Shown: piece by piece, positions 13,071-30,668 of the stretch | Position numbering within the stretch: the first letter of the stretch is position 1 | How the letters are laid out: each line of letters starts with the position of its first letter | Assembly (NCBI RefSeq): GCF_009914755.1 | Contig: NC_060926.1 | Source: the human T2T-CHM13v2.0 reference genome, Homo sapiens | Direction: 5' to 3' (one strand) | Length of the DNA stretch: 64,000 bases | The notes under the pieces: generated by a model | Seen by the model: the letters and a program-made list of their open reading frames with translations, nothing else | Databases searched by the model: none | What the model was told of the DNA's origin: nothing | Translations under genes and position numbers: made by a program

Positions 13071-14384
13071 AGAGGGTGGTGGGATAAGCCATTTGTAGTA
13101 CTTATCCCATTGCATTGCATCTAACTGCTAGGTGTCCACTATAGTTTGAGCTGTTCGTAAAACATGGATTTATCCTTAACAAAGATAAATAAAATAAAAC
13201 CACATTATCTAACAAAATGTGGTTTAATTACAATATAATATACAATTATAAGATTGTTTAGTCAACTGAATGAGATTATTTATGTGTAAAAAGTCCTTCA
13301 CTTATTACTGTTGGTTTGAACATCCCTGTTGAACATGTCAGTATTAAGCCAACTTCCTCAAGCATTTCTGCTTTCTCTATTTCAGCACTTGTCACAAGTA
13401 GACTTTGAACAGCCCTTCCCAGTTGCTCTGGACTATAATTAAGAATTATAGAATAACACCTCCCCAAACTAGGTCTTCATTCTTGGTCAAAACCTCATGT
13501 GCTAACAGCCGTAAAAAAAAAAAAAGCAAAACATTAATGTATTATTTTAAAACCACCAGAAACAGATGTTACAAATTCATGTTAAATAAAATGCTCTTTA
13601 TTCTGGAGGTCACTTTAAGCAAGATAAATGTAGCATCTGTTCCATAATTCCTCAGAACATTAAAATCAGGAAAATAGTAGGAGGAGACTGGAGACACAGA
13701 GTACTGAGAAGTGACGGCCTAGAAGCAAAAAAAAAAAGCACAGTGCTCTGGGACAATTTACAGCAAGATAAAAGAGTCCCATAAACCTCAATAGCTCCTG
13801 GGACTGTCACTGTATTAATGTAGTGCAAACCAATAATAGATGTCTGTGTTTGATGATGAAACACTTAAACAAGATAAATTATGCTTCTTGGAAAAATGAC
13901 AACCTAAAGACACGCATTTACATCCTCTCTTCCCAAACTCACTGATAGAGACAAAGGAAAATATTAAAATGCATAAAGTGTCAGATAGTGCTCAAAAACT
14001 AAAGCATGATTCCACGTACAGAATTTGCTTTAAGCAGTATCAATCAATGAAGTCAAATGGAAGAAGATATTAAAATGACCCCCAGCCTCCAACTTTAATA
14101 TGACGTTTCTATGTGGCAGTCAACAGAAGAGATGATCATGATGATGATAATGCCCCTTTACAACCATTAATTTGAGAGATCAGGGTGAGCCATTGGACAA
14201 ATGAAGATGTCTTATTTTGGATTCCTTTCTCTGCTGAAAAAAATCAACAACATTGGAGAACCCAAGGGCAAATATGACCATATTGAATAGAAGGATGCTA
14301 ATTTATTTTTGGCTATAAGTTTAATAATAATAATAATGTTTAGAAAAGAGTCCCATTGTAAATGGGGTATGAATTCTAGACCAA

Positions 14385-14460
14385 AGAAATAAAGGAAGAG
14401 GAGGAGGAGGAGAATGAAGACAAGGAGAAGGAGAGGGAAGAAGAGGAGAAAGATATGGAA
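14385..14460 (+). repeat. Purine-rich (GGA/GAA) low-complexity tract
   Basis: ggaagaggaggaggaggagaatgaagacaaggagaaggagagggaagaagaggag. Confidence 0.7.
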
Positions 14461-15645
14461 ATATGATTCAGTGGTTCCAAGGAGCAAAGAAAAACTACAC
14501 AAAGGATCCTGCTGCGTATTCTTGCAGATTGATCTCATATTCCTTAGTTCACTAAACATGAATAGAGATTTAAAGATCAAATACAATAATATGAAGCAGA
14601 TATCAGACACGCACTATAAAAGGCCTATTCTTTTTATGGTCAATGCATCAACATAATCTCCAGATTTAAAGAGTGCTTAATAGTATACTCCCTAAATACT
14701 GACTGTAGGAAATACATATAGTAAGTAATATAATATAATCTATATGAAGTAAATATTAAATGCTTTGAAAGAGTGATATAAGGAATGACAAAGATCTAAG
14801 TTTTATATGCAAAGTGGTTATGATGATGACTGTTAAAATATACTATTTTATACTAATAATATTGTAAATTATGGCTTTCCAATTTAAATTCTTAGGGTTA
14901 TGGCATCTGATTTGATACAAGAATAAAGAAAAAATGAGTATTCTTAATTGGTATCATCTCTAAAACAATGCTGTAATTTCTGGAGCAAAAAAGTCATGGT
15001 GCAAGCATTTAATAAAAATGTTTCAATAATTATCAGATTTATTTTAAAATAACTAAGATTTCCCACATGAAACAGGAGTTAGGGATGAGGATGCTACTGT
15101 GACAAAAATGTCCATAAGTGTAGAACGTAGGACAAAATATTCTAATTTTAGAAAACTAAAATCTGTCTTCAAAAAGAACATTCTCTTGCTTCCTAAAGAA
15201 AAGATCCTGAGAGCTTAGGGCAAGATGAAAACAATACAATAAGAGGGTTGGTATTTTTAACATTACCAAATTATTTCTGGCATTCCAAAGAGCACACATC
15301 TACACTTGTCTTAACTGCCTTCAAAAAGAGGAAGACAGGATCTACCTTTTGCCTTAGAGAGATTGGGACACACATATGTTTTCCTGATTAGAAAAGGTGA
15401 ATTCTACTAATATTAAAATTTGAAACATTTTATGTGTTCATGTCTTACTGACTCGTAAAAAATTATCCTTGATTCATTCTACATTCTTCACCAAAAAAAT
15501 TCAGAATTACTTTTACTTATTTGAAAAGCAATAGAAAAATATTTTTAGAAAAAAGATGTGCAAATATTTGTTCTCTTTTACTCAACTTCTAAGGACAGAT
15601 GATTATAGACAGAGCTTTCAGAAAACTGCGAAAGCTGACCAAGTT

Positions 15646-15940
15646 GACCGGGCGCAGTGTCTTATGCCTATAATCCCAGCACTTTGGGAGGCTGAGGTGA
15701 GCAGATCACCTGACATCAGGAGTTTGAGACCAGCCTGGCCAACATGGTGAAACCCCGTCTCTACTAAAAATACAAAAAAAGTAGTGAGGCGTGGTGGTGC
15801 ATGCCTGTAGTCCCAGTTACTCAGGAGACTGAGGCATGATAATCACTTGAACCCAGGAGGCAGAGGTTGCAGTGAGCTGAGATCATGCCACTGCACTCCA
15901 GCCTGGATGACACAGTGAAACTCCGTCTCAAAAAAAAAAA
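15646..15940 (+). mobile_element. AluS (Sx/Sz-like)
   Basis: Full dimer with gatcacctga, cagcctggccaacatggtg and an A tail. Confidence 0.92.
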
Positions 15941-15958
15941 GAGTGAAACTCTGTCAAA

Positions 15959-15981
15959 ACACACACACACACACACACACA
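15959..15981 (+). repeat. (AC)n microsatellite
   Basis: acacacacacacacacacacaca. Confidence 0.9.
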
Positions 15982-16096
15982 AACTGCTAAAGTTAGAACA
16001 AGATGATCAGAGTGAAAAACCATCATTGCAGAAACATGAGAGAACTTTCTCCATGATTTTAAGGAGGAGGCTATATTTATAAAACTAGAGTAGGTT

Positions 16097-17330
16097 ATAT
16101 GCTCCTGAATGACTCCTGGGTACATAATGAAATTAAGGCAGAAATCAAGAAGTTCTTTGAAACCAGTGAGAACAAAGAAACTACTTACCAGAATCTCTGT
16201 GATACAGCTAAAGCAGTGCTAAGAGGGAAATGTATAGCACTAAATGCCCACATCAGAAAGCTAGAAAGATCTCAAATTAACACTCTAACATCACAATTAA
16301 AAGAGTCAGAGAGGCAAGAGGAAAGTAATACAAAAGCTAGCAGAGGACAAGCAATAACTAAGATCAGAGAAGAACTGAAGGAGATAGAAACATGAAACCC
16401 CCCCCCCAAAAAAAAAAAATCAACGAATCCAGGAACTGGTTTTTTGAAAAAAAAATTAACAAAATAGATAGACAGCAAGGTAGAATAATAAAAAAGAGAG
16501 AGAAGAATCAAATAGACACAATAAAAATGATAAAGGGGATATCACGACTGACCCCACAGAAATACAAACTACCATCAGAGAATACTATAAACACCTCTAT
16601 ACAAATAAACTAGAAAATCTAGAAGAAATGGATGAATTCCTGGATATATACACCCTACCAAGACTAAACCAGGAAGAAGTTGAATCCCTGAATAGACCAA
16701 TAAGAAGCTCTGATATAGAGGCAGTAATTAATAGCCTACCAACCAAAAAAAAAAGCCCAGGACCAGATGGATTCACAGCTGAATTCTACCAGAAATACAA
16801 AGAGGAGCTGATATCATTCCTTCTGAAACTTTTCCAAACAATTGAAAAGGAGGGACTCCTCCTAACTCATTTTATGATGCCAGCATCATCCTGGTACCAA
16901 AACCAGGAAGAGACACAACAAAAAAAGAAAACTTCAGGCCAATATCGTTGATGAATATTGATATAAAAATCCTCAGTACAATACTGGCAAACCAAATCCA
17001 GCAGCATATCAAAAAACTTATCCACCACAATCAAGACATGGATGAAGCTGGAAGCCATTATCCTCAGCAAACTAAAACAGGAACAGAAAACTGAACACTG
17101 CATGTTCTCACTCATAAGTAGGAGGTAAACAGTGAGAACACATGGACACAGGGAGGGGAACAACACACACCAGGGCCTGTTGCAGGGTTGGGGGTGAGGG
17201 GGTGAGACTTAGAGGATGGGTCAACAGGTGCAACAAACCACCATGGCACATGTATACCTATGTAGCAAACCTGCACGTTTTGCACATGTATCCCTATTCT
17301 TTTTTTTAGAATAAATAAAGAAAAAAAAGA
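16097..17330 (+). mobile_element. L1PA8-like element, 5'-truncated, with a large internal ORF2 deletion
   Basis: ORF2 peptides [20 protein letters not shown] and [13 protein letters not shown]; junction atcaag|acatggatgaagc at ~17035; L1PA8-type 3' UTR; imperfect TSD agagtaRgtt at 16087 and 17328. Confidence 0.85.
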
Positions 17331-17640
17331 GTAAGTTTCAGTACACAAGAAAAAAAACAGAGAATAATTTAGAGACAGGAATATAAAATACTGAGAAAAG
17401 ATAATCTGACAGTTTTTTAAACATGAGATTTTAAATTTTATGACTGAATCCAGGACCCTAAGACCAGGTAAATGCCCTCTCATTGAAGCCAGTCTTATTC
17501 ACTGAATACCCATTGATTTCCCATCTGACCAGCTGTGGCCATCTTTGGATATTTCAGTGGACGTTCTTATGCAGGCTTCACTCTTTCTTTCTTCAGGCTG
17601 TTGCTAAAATAGTCTCTCCTCTGAATCTACCCAGTTATTC

Positions 17641-17838
17641 TATAAGTCCTCAATGTCATCAATAGGTTCTTGGAAACTGTGACTTTAAGTGAAATGACTG
17701 TAAATAAACATTTTTTCCCCTTACCAGTGTTACAAGGAAAGGACATTTATGGAAACAACATTCTTTGGAGGACATGTCGTTTCAATTAAAGTCACAGTCC
17801 CCAAGAACCCATTAGTGACAACAAATGAGGATTTATTC
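17641..17838 (+). mobile_element. MER6-family (Tigger) MITE with long inverted termini
   Basis: ataggttcttggaaactgtgactttaagtgaaatgac pairs with gtcgtttcaattaaagtcacagtccccaagaaccca. Confidence 0.7.
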
Positions 17839-17945
17839 TAAAGCATATCTAAGAGTTCATCCTTTTCTTTCTAAAAAATTCAAAAACAATTAATACTTCT
17901 TAAAAATAACTTACTTCAATAATAAAAAAGAAATAGAAACAATGA

Positions 17946-18265
<320 letters not shown>

Positions 18266-18496
18266 AAACATTTATAGGATTAATTCAGAAAATCAATATT
18301 TTACTATTATAATTTCTATGAGTTATACACAGAATTAATATACAGTAAAAGGACTTTTTTTTGAACTGAGATAATACTTAAATTTTCTTATTAAAAGGAT
18401 CTACCATGATAGGAGTATTGAACAAATATATTCAAATACACATAAGCTCATAAAACTCCTGAATTTGAATTTTAAAGAGGGGCAATATGTTCTATT

Positions 18497-18740
18497 CTAT
18501 AGTGGCTAAAAGAATGAGCTTTGGGTTCACATTAACCCTTCAATTCCCTGGTTTACTAGTCACTAGTTATGAGACATTGGGGAAATTACTCTATCTCTGT
18601 AAGCCTAAATTGTCTCATCTGTGTAACTGAGGTATTAATAGTATCTACATTACAGTATCGTTGTAAGAATTAAATGCAACATAAATGTGAAGCAGATGCT
18701 ATAGCACCTGACGTACTTCAGAAGGCTAGTAATGCACATT
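18497..18740 (+). mobile_element. MIR
   Basis: MIR core: gggaaattactctatctctgtaagcctaaattgtctcatctgt..gttgtaagaattaaatg. Confidence 0.7.
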
Positions 18741-18829
18741 TCAAGTACTCAAAGTCCCTCTCCTCTCTCTCTCTGTCTTCACACACACACGCGTGTGCAC
18801 ACCCCTCCCCCCCACCCCACACACACAGG

Positions 18830-20990
18830 TCACAAGAAAAAGTAAAAATATTTTGAATTTAATAAGAAAGTCACAATTTTGAGTCAGAGAAAACAATGCC
18901 TAAAGAAAAATATATTGCATTTAATTTTTATATAAGACAATAAGAAAAATTCAAAACCAAATTTAAAGAATCTAAAAGTCTACCTTGGAAAACAACAAAA
19001 AAAGGGCAAATTAAATTCATTGCAGGCAGAGTAAAGGAAGTAATAAAGGTAAAAGAGGGTATCACTAAGATTATAAGAACAAAAAATAGGAAGACATTAA
19101 TGAAACTGAAAGTTGCTTCTTTGATTATAATAAGAGATCAATATTGATAATAAAACTCTACCAAAATCAACTGAGAAAAAAAATAAGTAGGTAAATCCTA
19201 ACTACCAATATTAGTAATGAGAGAGAGGAAAAAAAAAATATATATATATATACACTTAAAGACAATAAAAGGCAAATGATGAAAAATTAATCATGCATTT
19301 ATTTGTATTAGTCCATTCTCACACTGCTATGAAGAAATACCCAAGACTGGGTAATTTATAATGGAAAAAGGTTTAATTGACTCACAGTTCCTTATGGCTG
19401 GGGAGGAAACTTAAAATTGTGGTGGAAGGCACCTCTTCACAGGGAAGCAGGAGACAGAATGAGCATCCAGTGAAGGGGGAAGCCTTTTATAAAATCATCA
19501 GATATCGTGAGAACTAACTGACTATCATGAGAACGGGATGGGGGGTAAACACCCCCATGATTCAATTACCTCCCACTGGGTCCCTCTCAGACACGTGGGG
19601 ATTATGGAAACTACAATTCAAGATGAGATTTGGGTGAGGACATAGCCAAACCATAACACTTATGCCCCAAAATTCTGATATCTTAGAGGAAATGAACAAA
19701 TTCCTTAGAAGACATAAACTACCATAGTTCACTCACTGATAATTAGATAACTTGGATAGCACTACACTTGTTTAAAAATGTAATTTATGGTTTAAAACCT
19801 CTAGTCACAGGTGGTTGCATTATTAAATTCAATCAAATATTTAATAAAGAAATGGCATCAATTCTGAAATTAAGGAAAAAGGAACACTTCCAAATTTATT
19901 TTATGAAATCATTATTGCCCTGATACAAATGCATTCAAAGATTTTATAAGAGAAGAAACTATAAGAGACCTTGAGGAAATATATCTTCAGGAATCCTTAA
20001 TGAAATATTAGCTAATTAAATTTACCAATATATAAAAAATGTAACACTGGAAGACCAAATGGAATTTACCCCCAAAATACAAGGTTTGCTTAACATTTTT
20101 AAATCAATCAAAGTAAATCACCATATTGACGTAGTTATGAAGAACAATCTTACAACTCTCTCAATATATACAGAAAAAGCATTTGGCAAAATCTCCCACC
20201 CACTTGTGATTAAAATTATCACCAACATTGGAATAGAAAAGAACATTCACATTATAATACAAAGACTCTGACAAAAATCTACAGTTAAAATAATATTTAA
20301 TGGTAAAAGACCAAATTACTTTCTCCTATGGTTAAATATATGCTCCACAATGTGCTGGCAAATCCATCATGCAATGAAGCAAGATTAAAAAGCAAATAAA
20401 AGATGCACAGATAGCAAAGGAAAAATCAAAATTATATTAATTTGTTAATCACCTTATTATGTACAAAATAATAAGTTACCAAGATAGCTACAGGAATTAA
20501 TAAAAGAATTAAATAAATAAATAAAAGAATTTACCAAAGTCACAGGATATAAAGCTAATATGCAAAGTTTGGTTGCATTTTCTATCAACTTGCTATTTAA
20601 AAATTAGAAAATTGAAAATTAAAAGATGTCACTTATTACATCAAAACTGTGAAAATTCACCTATATGCTTAACAAAAGACACACAAGGGATATATGTATG
20701 ATAACTTTGTATGTTAAAAATTATAAAACACTGATGAAAAAAGATGTTAACAAATGATTATAGACTGTAAGACTCAGAATTAAGTTGCAAATGCTTTCCA
20801 AATTTATCTATAGATTGAATGCACTTTATATGAGAAAACAAAAAACCTTGAATAGCCATACCTATTTTCAGAGGAAAAATGTGGAGAGCTTACACTGCCT
20901 GGCTTACACTACAGTAAATAAGACAGTGTGGAATTGGCATAAAATAGACACGTGGATAATGGAACATAACCATATACACAATATATAAAA
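18830..20990 (+). mobile_element. Ancient L1M ORF2 fragments (interrupted by THE1)
   Basis: Degenerate ORF2 peptides QGLLNIFKSIKVNHHI..SIYTEKAFGKI and KFIYRLNA. Confidence 0.7.
19304..19658 (-). mobile_element. THE1C-like MaLR solo LTR
   Basis: tgtattagtccattctcacactgct...ggcacctcttcacagg...gccaaaccataaca. Confidence 0.88.
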
Positions 20991-20999
20991 GTTATGACC

Positions 21000-22260
21000 T
21001 ATTTGGAATAATATTTTATCCTCATTTACTATTGTAATATTTTCTGAGTTGTAGTAGTTGTATTAATTTTTTTTGATATTCTGGGTATAATACGTATTAA
21101 TCACAATTAGTAGTTGTTTCATATCAGCGTTTATTTTTTAGACTATATTTTTAAATTTCCTAAATGTGTTAATTAGTACCTCTAATACAATGTTCAATAA
21201 TAATTGTATTTTTCTGCAACCTTCTTTTTATATTTTACTTTAATGAGGACATTTCTAACATTTTGCTATTAGTACAAACTATTATGGTTTATGGATATTA
21301 TGTAGACATATATATATATACACCATTATATATAATGTAGACATGACATTATGTAGACATATATTATATATATAAAATATATATAAAATATTCAGATGTA
21401 CCCATCTCTCCCTCTTTTATGGATTCCTGAGAGTAACTGTTACAATTTATCAGAAACATTTCCAGATTCCAAGAAAATAATCACTTTTTGTAATTATTAG
21501 TATGGTAAATTAGATTGCTTAAATTTAAAACATTTATGTATTATTGACATGAAAAAATGGTCTTAGTGGATTCTTCCTCTAATGTACCCTAAATTGTACT
21601 AATGTACTAAAATTGCTAACATTTTACTTAGGAATCTTACATCAGAATTCATTAGAGATTGCTCTCTGGTTTCTGTTTTACAATCAATGTAAGGTTGGGC
21701 TATTGAGACAATAAATGCCTCATAATTTTTTTCTTCTTTTTCTATTCTTTAGGCCAGTGTTAAAAAGCATGGAAATTATGGTCTGTTAAATTATCTAAGA
21801 TTTATGTATTTATTTCTATAAAGATGAGAGTAGTAGCTCTTTGACAGCCTAATTACTTATATGAAAATCCATCTGTTTAAATTTTCTATATCTAGGAATT
21901 TTTTAAACGTTCTCCATACTATCCGGCTTTTCAAATTATGTTGCGTACAGTTGAACAAACTACTCTATTTTAGCTTTTATTTTCTGCTGTGATTATATTC
22001 TGTTTATTATTGTTATTTTTACATATTTCTATCCATCTATTTTTTAATTACATTAGTTAATGATTTATCCAACTATCTGTTATTTGATAATCCAGCTTTC
22101 ACATTGTTTTTAGTGCTACATTTTTTCATTTTCACAATTTATTTATTTCATCCTCATATTTTTAATGTTTACCTTCAGTTTATGGTAGTTTGTTCCAAAT
22201 ATTCAGTCAAGTGGCTATTTCAGTTGTCTTAATTCTCTCATTATTATTAAAATGAGCAAT
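21000..22260 (-). mobile_element. Very degenerate L1M fragments with TA-rich repeat (21290-21390)
   Basis: T-rich sequence with antisense L1 ORF2-like motifs; boundaries approximate. Confidence 0.4.
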
Positions 22261-22278
22261 TTGGGTTTAAGATATGAA

Positions 22279-22578
22279 TTTTTTTTTTTGAGGCAGGATC
22301 TCATTCTGTCACTCAGGCTGATGTGCAGTGGTGCGAATATAGCTTGCTGTGCGCTCAAATGATACTACTGCCTCAGCCTCCTGAATAAGTAGGGCTACAG
22401 GGACAGGCCACCATGCCTGGCTAATTTTTGTGTTTTTGTTTTGTTTTGTTTTGATTTGTGTGTCGGGAGATCTTGCTATGTTACTAAGGCTGGTCTTGAA
22501 TTCTTAGCCTCAAAGTGGTCCTCCTGCCATGGCCTACCAAAGCATTGGGATTACAGTTATGCACCACCATGCTTGGCC
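22279..22578 (-). mobile_element. AluJ
   Basis: Poly(T), gaggcaggatctc, tcttgctatgtt, ttcttagcctcaa; short atgaat TSD. Confidence 0.85.
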
Positions 22579-22744
22579 ATGAATATTCTTTTAATCATAG
22601 GTTTGGCCATATTCCTTAGTTACAAAATAAAATGTATTCATTTTGCTTCATTTCACTTTCATGACCTGGAAACTGTTTTAGAAAAAAGTTTTTGAAATAT
22701 TTTAAATGCCCAGGTAGAATGATCATTTCGTTTGTGGATTTTCT

Positions 22745-23580
22745 TTTTTTGTTTTATTTATTTATTTATTTATTTATTATTATACTTTAAGTTTTAGGGT
22801 ACATGTGCACAACGTGCAGGTTAGTTACATACGTATACATGTGCCATGTTGGTGTGCTGCACCCATCAACTCGTCATTTAGCATTAGGTATATCTCCCAA
22901 TGCTATCCCTCCCCACTCCCCCTACCCCACAACAGGCCCTGGTGTGTGATGTTCCCCTTCCTGTGTCCACGTGTTCTCATTGTTCAATTGCCACCTATGA
23001 GTGAGAACATGCGGTGTTTGGTTTTTTGTCCTTGTGATAGTTTGCTCAGAATGATGGTTTCCAGCTTCATCCATGTCCCTACAAAGGACATGAACTCATC
23101 GTTTTTTATGGCTGCATAGTATTCCATGGTGTATATGTGCCACATTTTCTTAATCCAATCTATCATTGTTGGACATTTGGGTTGGTTCCAAGTCTTTGCT
23201 ATTGTGACTAGTGACTCAATAAACATACGTGTGCATGTGTCTTTATAGCAGCATGATTTACAATCCTTTGGGTATATACCCAGTAATGGGATGGCTGGGT
23301 CAAATGGTATTTCTAGTTCTAGATCCTTGAGGAATCGCCACACCGACTTCCACAATGGTTGAACTAGTTTACAGTCCCACCAACAGTGTAAAAGTGTTCC
23401 TATTTCTCCACATCCTCTCCAGCACCTGTTGTTTCCTGACTTTTTCATGATTGCCATTCTAACTGGTGTGAGATGGTATCTCATTGTGGTTTTGATTTGC
23501 ATTTCTCTGATAGCCAGTGATGATGAGCATTTTTTCCTGTGTTTTTTTGGCTGCATAAATGTCTTCTTTTGAGAAGTGTC
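22745..23580 (-). mobile_element. L1PA3/4-like, 5'-truncated (~0.83 kb)
   Basis: ORF2 C-terminus 22984-23556 ([18 protein letters not shown]...SLIGGN), L1PA 3' UTR, (TTTA)n tail. Confidence 0.93.
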
Positions 23581-23950
23581 TTATTAATTTCTAAATTAAT
23601 TACATGCTTTTCTGAGAATGTATAATATTTCCATTTTAAAATTTATTCAAGTTGACTTTGAAAGTAAGTATGCAATTACATGTTGTGTACTTGTATATCA
23701 TATGCTATTTTAATATATGATTATAATTATTAACCTAGAACATTTAACCTGTATATTCTGAGACTCATTTTTATATGTTAAACTCTCTAAAATTGACATC
23801 TATCAATGAAAAAGATGTACTACAATTGTAAGCAGCAGCATATTTTCTGTTTTAATGGACACTTCTTGCCACTGATGGAATTTTAGATTCAGGAAATGTA
23901 ATAGTCCAATTATGTGACTATTCCCTAGACTCTCCATCTTTGTTTTATAG

Positions 23951-24408
23951 TATATGAGTTATCTATGTGTGCTGTAAAAAATCACCACAAACTTGATGAC
24001 ACTACACAACCAAAATTTATTCTCTCACAGTTCTGGGGGCCAAGAGTCCAAAATCAAGATGTTGGCAGGGCTGCACTCCCTCCAGAGAGGCTGGGGAAGA
24101 AATCTTTTCTTATCTCTTCTAATTTCTGGTGGCTGCTAGCATTCCTTGCCATTCTTAGGCCCGTGGCTATATTATTCTAATATTTCTCCAGTTTCGCATA
24201 GTCTCCTTTTGTGTGTCTAATCTCCTGTCTCTCTAAATGCACTTTTGATGACATTTACAGCTAACCCAGATAATCCACAATAATTTCCTCATCTCAAATT
24301 CCTTAACAAGCACAAATGCAAAGATTCTTTTTCCAAGTAAGATAACATTCACAAGTTCTGAGAATTAGGATTTGAAGTCTGTCAGAGCCTTTACCAGCCT
24401 ACCACCCA
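23951..24408 (-). mobile_element. MLT1C-like MaLR LTR
   Basis: caccacaaactt..aaatttattctctcacagttctgg..caagatgttggcagggctgcactccctc. Confidence 0.75.
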
Positions 24409-24767
24409 TAGGTTTTACAGCATAGCAATCAAATCTATTTCATTAATTGTAGGTTGGCTATGGACTTCTTTAAATTTTCCATATTTTCTTGAAGAAAGAA
24501 GTATATATATTTTTTAGCTGTAAGTGTACTTTTATCTTTTCCCTTTGTAATCCCCACTATTTTTAAATGAATGTTCATATTATTTTATAGTACAATGACC
24601 AAAAAATTATAATTGCCATAGTTCTTGTGAATAATATATTTTGGTGTTAGAAATTGTCCTGTCCTTTTATTTAAAAGTTTGATCAGAATCATCTTTATTT
24701 AATATTAAGCCCTGATTACTGAATATTTTAATTACTTACATAAGCTTGTGTATCTTTGCCCCTCCTT

Positions 24768-25500
<733 letters not shown>

Positions 25501-25790
25501 TATTTTCAATCATTATACTATACCTCAGATATTTTTTTTCTTGTAGCATAGGGTTGGATATTATGATGTAATATGAAAATATGCCCCTTTAAATAGGGAG
25601 AGATCTTAGTTACATATACTGATAATGGTAAATACATTTGGTCTTAATTTTACTAGTCTATATTATATCTCCTGTTTTTATGGGTTCTCGGTTCATCCTA
25701 TGTTTGTTTACTTTGTTATTTGTATGCAACCCTTCTGAGAGTTAAAAAGATTTCTATTTTGTGCTCCACTGGTTATAGTCATCATTTTAT

Positions 25791-26110
<320 letters not shown>

Positions 26111-26341
26111 AGTCGTCATTTTATTATATAAAACCCTTAATTTTCTAGTTATTCCAACAATATACACTATTTCAGAAATTGAAAATTATAAAATTAAAAT
26201 GTTTCCCTTTACTATTCCCTTTTCTTACTGTTCACTTATATTATTCAATATGGTTATACCTGATTTATTTGATGTGACTTTTAGTTATGTAGATGAGACA
26301 ATCATCAAACTACTCTAGCTACTAAGAATGTGAATAGTGGC

Positions 26342-26732
26342 TGACACAGTTTGAATGTTTGTCCCCTCCAAATCTCATGTTAAAATGTAATTTCCAGTAT
26401 TGGAAGTGGGGCCTGTAAGGAGGTGTTTGGGTCATGGGGGAGGATCCCTCATAAACGCATAGGTGCTGACCTCAGGGTAGTGAGCTCTCATGAGATCTGG
26501 TTGTTTAAAAGTGTGTGACACCACTCTCCTCTTGCCATATGATGTTCCTGCTCCACGTTTGCCTCCTGCCACAATTATAAGATTCCTAAGGCCTCATCAG
26601 AAGCCCAGCAGATGTTGGTGTCATGCTTGTACAGCTTGACATGCGGAACTATGAGCCAATTAAACCTCTTTTGTTTATAAATTATCCATCCTGAAGTATT
26701 TCTTTAAAGCAGCACAAGGATTATCTAAAACA
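26342..26732 (+). mobile_element. MSTA/B MaLR solo LTR
   Basis: tgacacagtttgaatgtttgtcccctccaaatctcatgtt...aaaaca; 5-bp TSD gtggc on both sides. Confidence 0.85.
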
Positions 26733-27947
26733 GTGGCCTTGCTGGCAGCCACCAATATTCCTAAACAATGCTTAGACAAAACCACACTGCAGCTATGTTG
26801 CGAACAGGAAAGAAACAAAGCCACTCTTCAGACACAAAAATTTACTAAACATTCCCCTGATGATGACTAATGTGATTGATTGCTGTTTCAGTACCAATAA
26901 GAACTCTAGCTGGAGCAATTAACCTCCCACCTACTAGATTGAATATATTAAAATATCCTATTATCAAATGTCCCCCATTTCTTGACGGCATCCAATCATT
27001 CCTCACTCCACTGCTTTTCCTTAATCCTGAATCAGAATCATCCAGCAGGAACCTGTCTCCTATAGGAAGCCCCTCTCTTCTTCTTGTGTTTAGATGTCCT
27101 ACTTTTCTCTAGGTTATGTTTTCCCCTGTGGTAGTAAGCTCATAAAAATTTATGTGAAAGTAAATGCAATTAATGAAATAAACATACACACATTGTATAC
27201 ACGAAGAATGAACAGAGGGGACTCACAAAAGGGAATTGTCATACAGATCTGCTGGAACTGTAAATAGACGTAAACTTTCCTCAGGAGAATTTTACCAGTA
27301 TAAAACAAAAGTCAAAAGAAAAATAACCAAAACACTTTAATTGCAATTGCACTCATATGAATTCTTCCAAAAGAAGGCATAGTGATGCAAAAAAAAATGT
27401 GTCATGGAAATGAGTGTCCATTAAGGCATGTTTTTATATTTTAAAATATAAAACATTTCCAATAATAGAAAAACAATTATTTATGCTGCATCTCCCTATT
27501 CAAAAATTTTCCCATGTAATGGTAGGGTAAAATAGGAATTTCTTCACTATAAAGTTTATACTAAGCAGGTCACAAAATAGTTTGTGTAATAAGATGCCAT
27601 TTCTATAAAAATAACATATCCAAAATTACACGTATATTTTTCACAGAAAAAAAAATCCTTAGAAGAAAATACACCAAACTATTAAAATTAGTTAGCGGGC
27701 ACTAGGGTGAGAGAGCGCAGAACCTGAAGTGCTTGACCTCAGTAAGTTCCAGAAAAGACGAGAAGCCCAGGCTGGATGCCACCTTTCCTGGTGATGGCAT
27801 CATTATTGTTATTTTTATTTCTTCCCATATGCCTGCCTGTATTATTTTCTATTTTTTAACGAAAAATTTTGATTGTGCTTGTAATATAAAAAAAGTAATG
27901 TAAAAAAGGAGATCATATTAGGTTCAGTACCTTATTGATTAACATGA

Positions 27948-28169
<222 letters not shown>

Positions 28170-28507
28170 TAGCCCTTTGGCTGACACCTGACACCTTGTG
28201 ATAATTACATGATCTCTGAAATTCTTTGCCAATATACAAAGTGAAATTTTTATTAACAACTTGCATTCACTTGAATATTTAGATTTTGAGGCATATTTTT
28301 CCACTTTTCTCCAATTTCAACATTAGGGTGGAAGATAATTTATATCATTATCCTGTGACCTATGAATCTATTGCTGATTTATATCAAATAAGTTCATGTC
28401 AACACACTCTTAAAGTCATTACTATTTCTGTTTTCTATTAAAGCATAAGAGCAGCAGTGATTGTTTTTATATTTCGTACGTAAGATATTGAACATTGCTG
28501 CCAGAAT

Positions 28508-28522
28508 AAAAATACATATCCT
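28508..28522 (+). repeat. Left TSD of the 28S-L1 chimera (aaaaatacatatcct)
   Basis: Identical 15-mer at 30637-30651. Confidence 0.9.
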
Positions 28523-30636
<2,114 letters not shown>

Positions 30637-30651
30637 AAAAATACATATCCT
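30637..30651 (+). repeat. Right TSD of the 28S-L1 chimera
   Basis: aaaaatacatatcct immediately after the A-rich tail. Confidence 0.9.
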
Positions 30652-30668
30652 GAAAATTATATACCCTA

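Noticed and set aside
14212-14610. 132-aa hydrophobic ORF as a membrane protein
   Set aside because: The Leu/Phe richness comes from the reverse strand of a purine-rich simple repeat.
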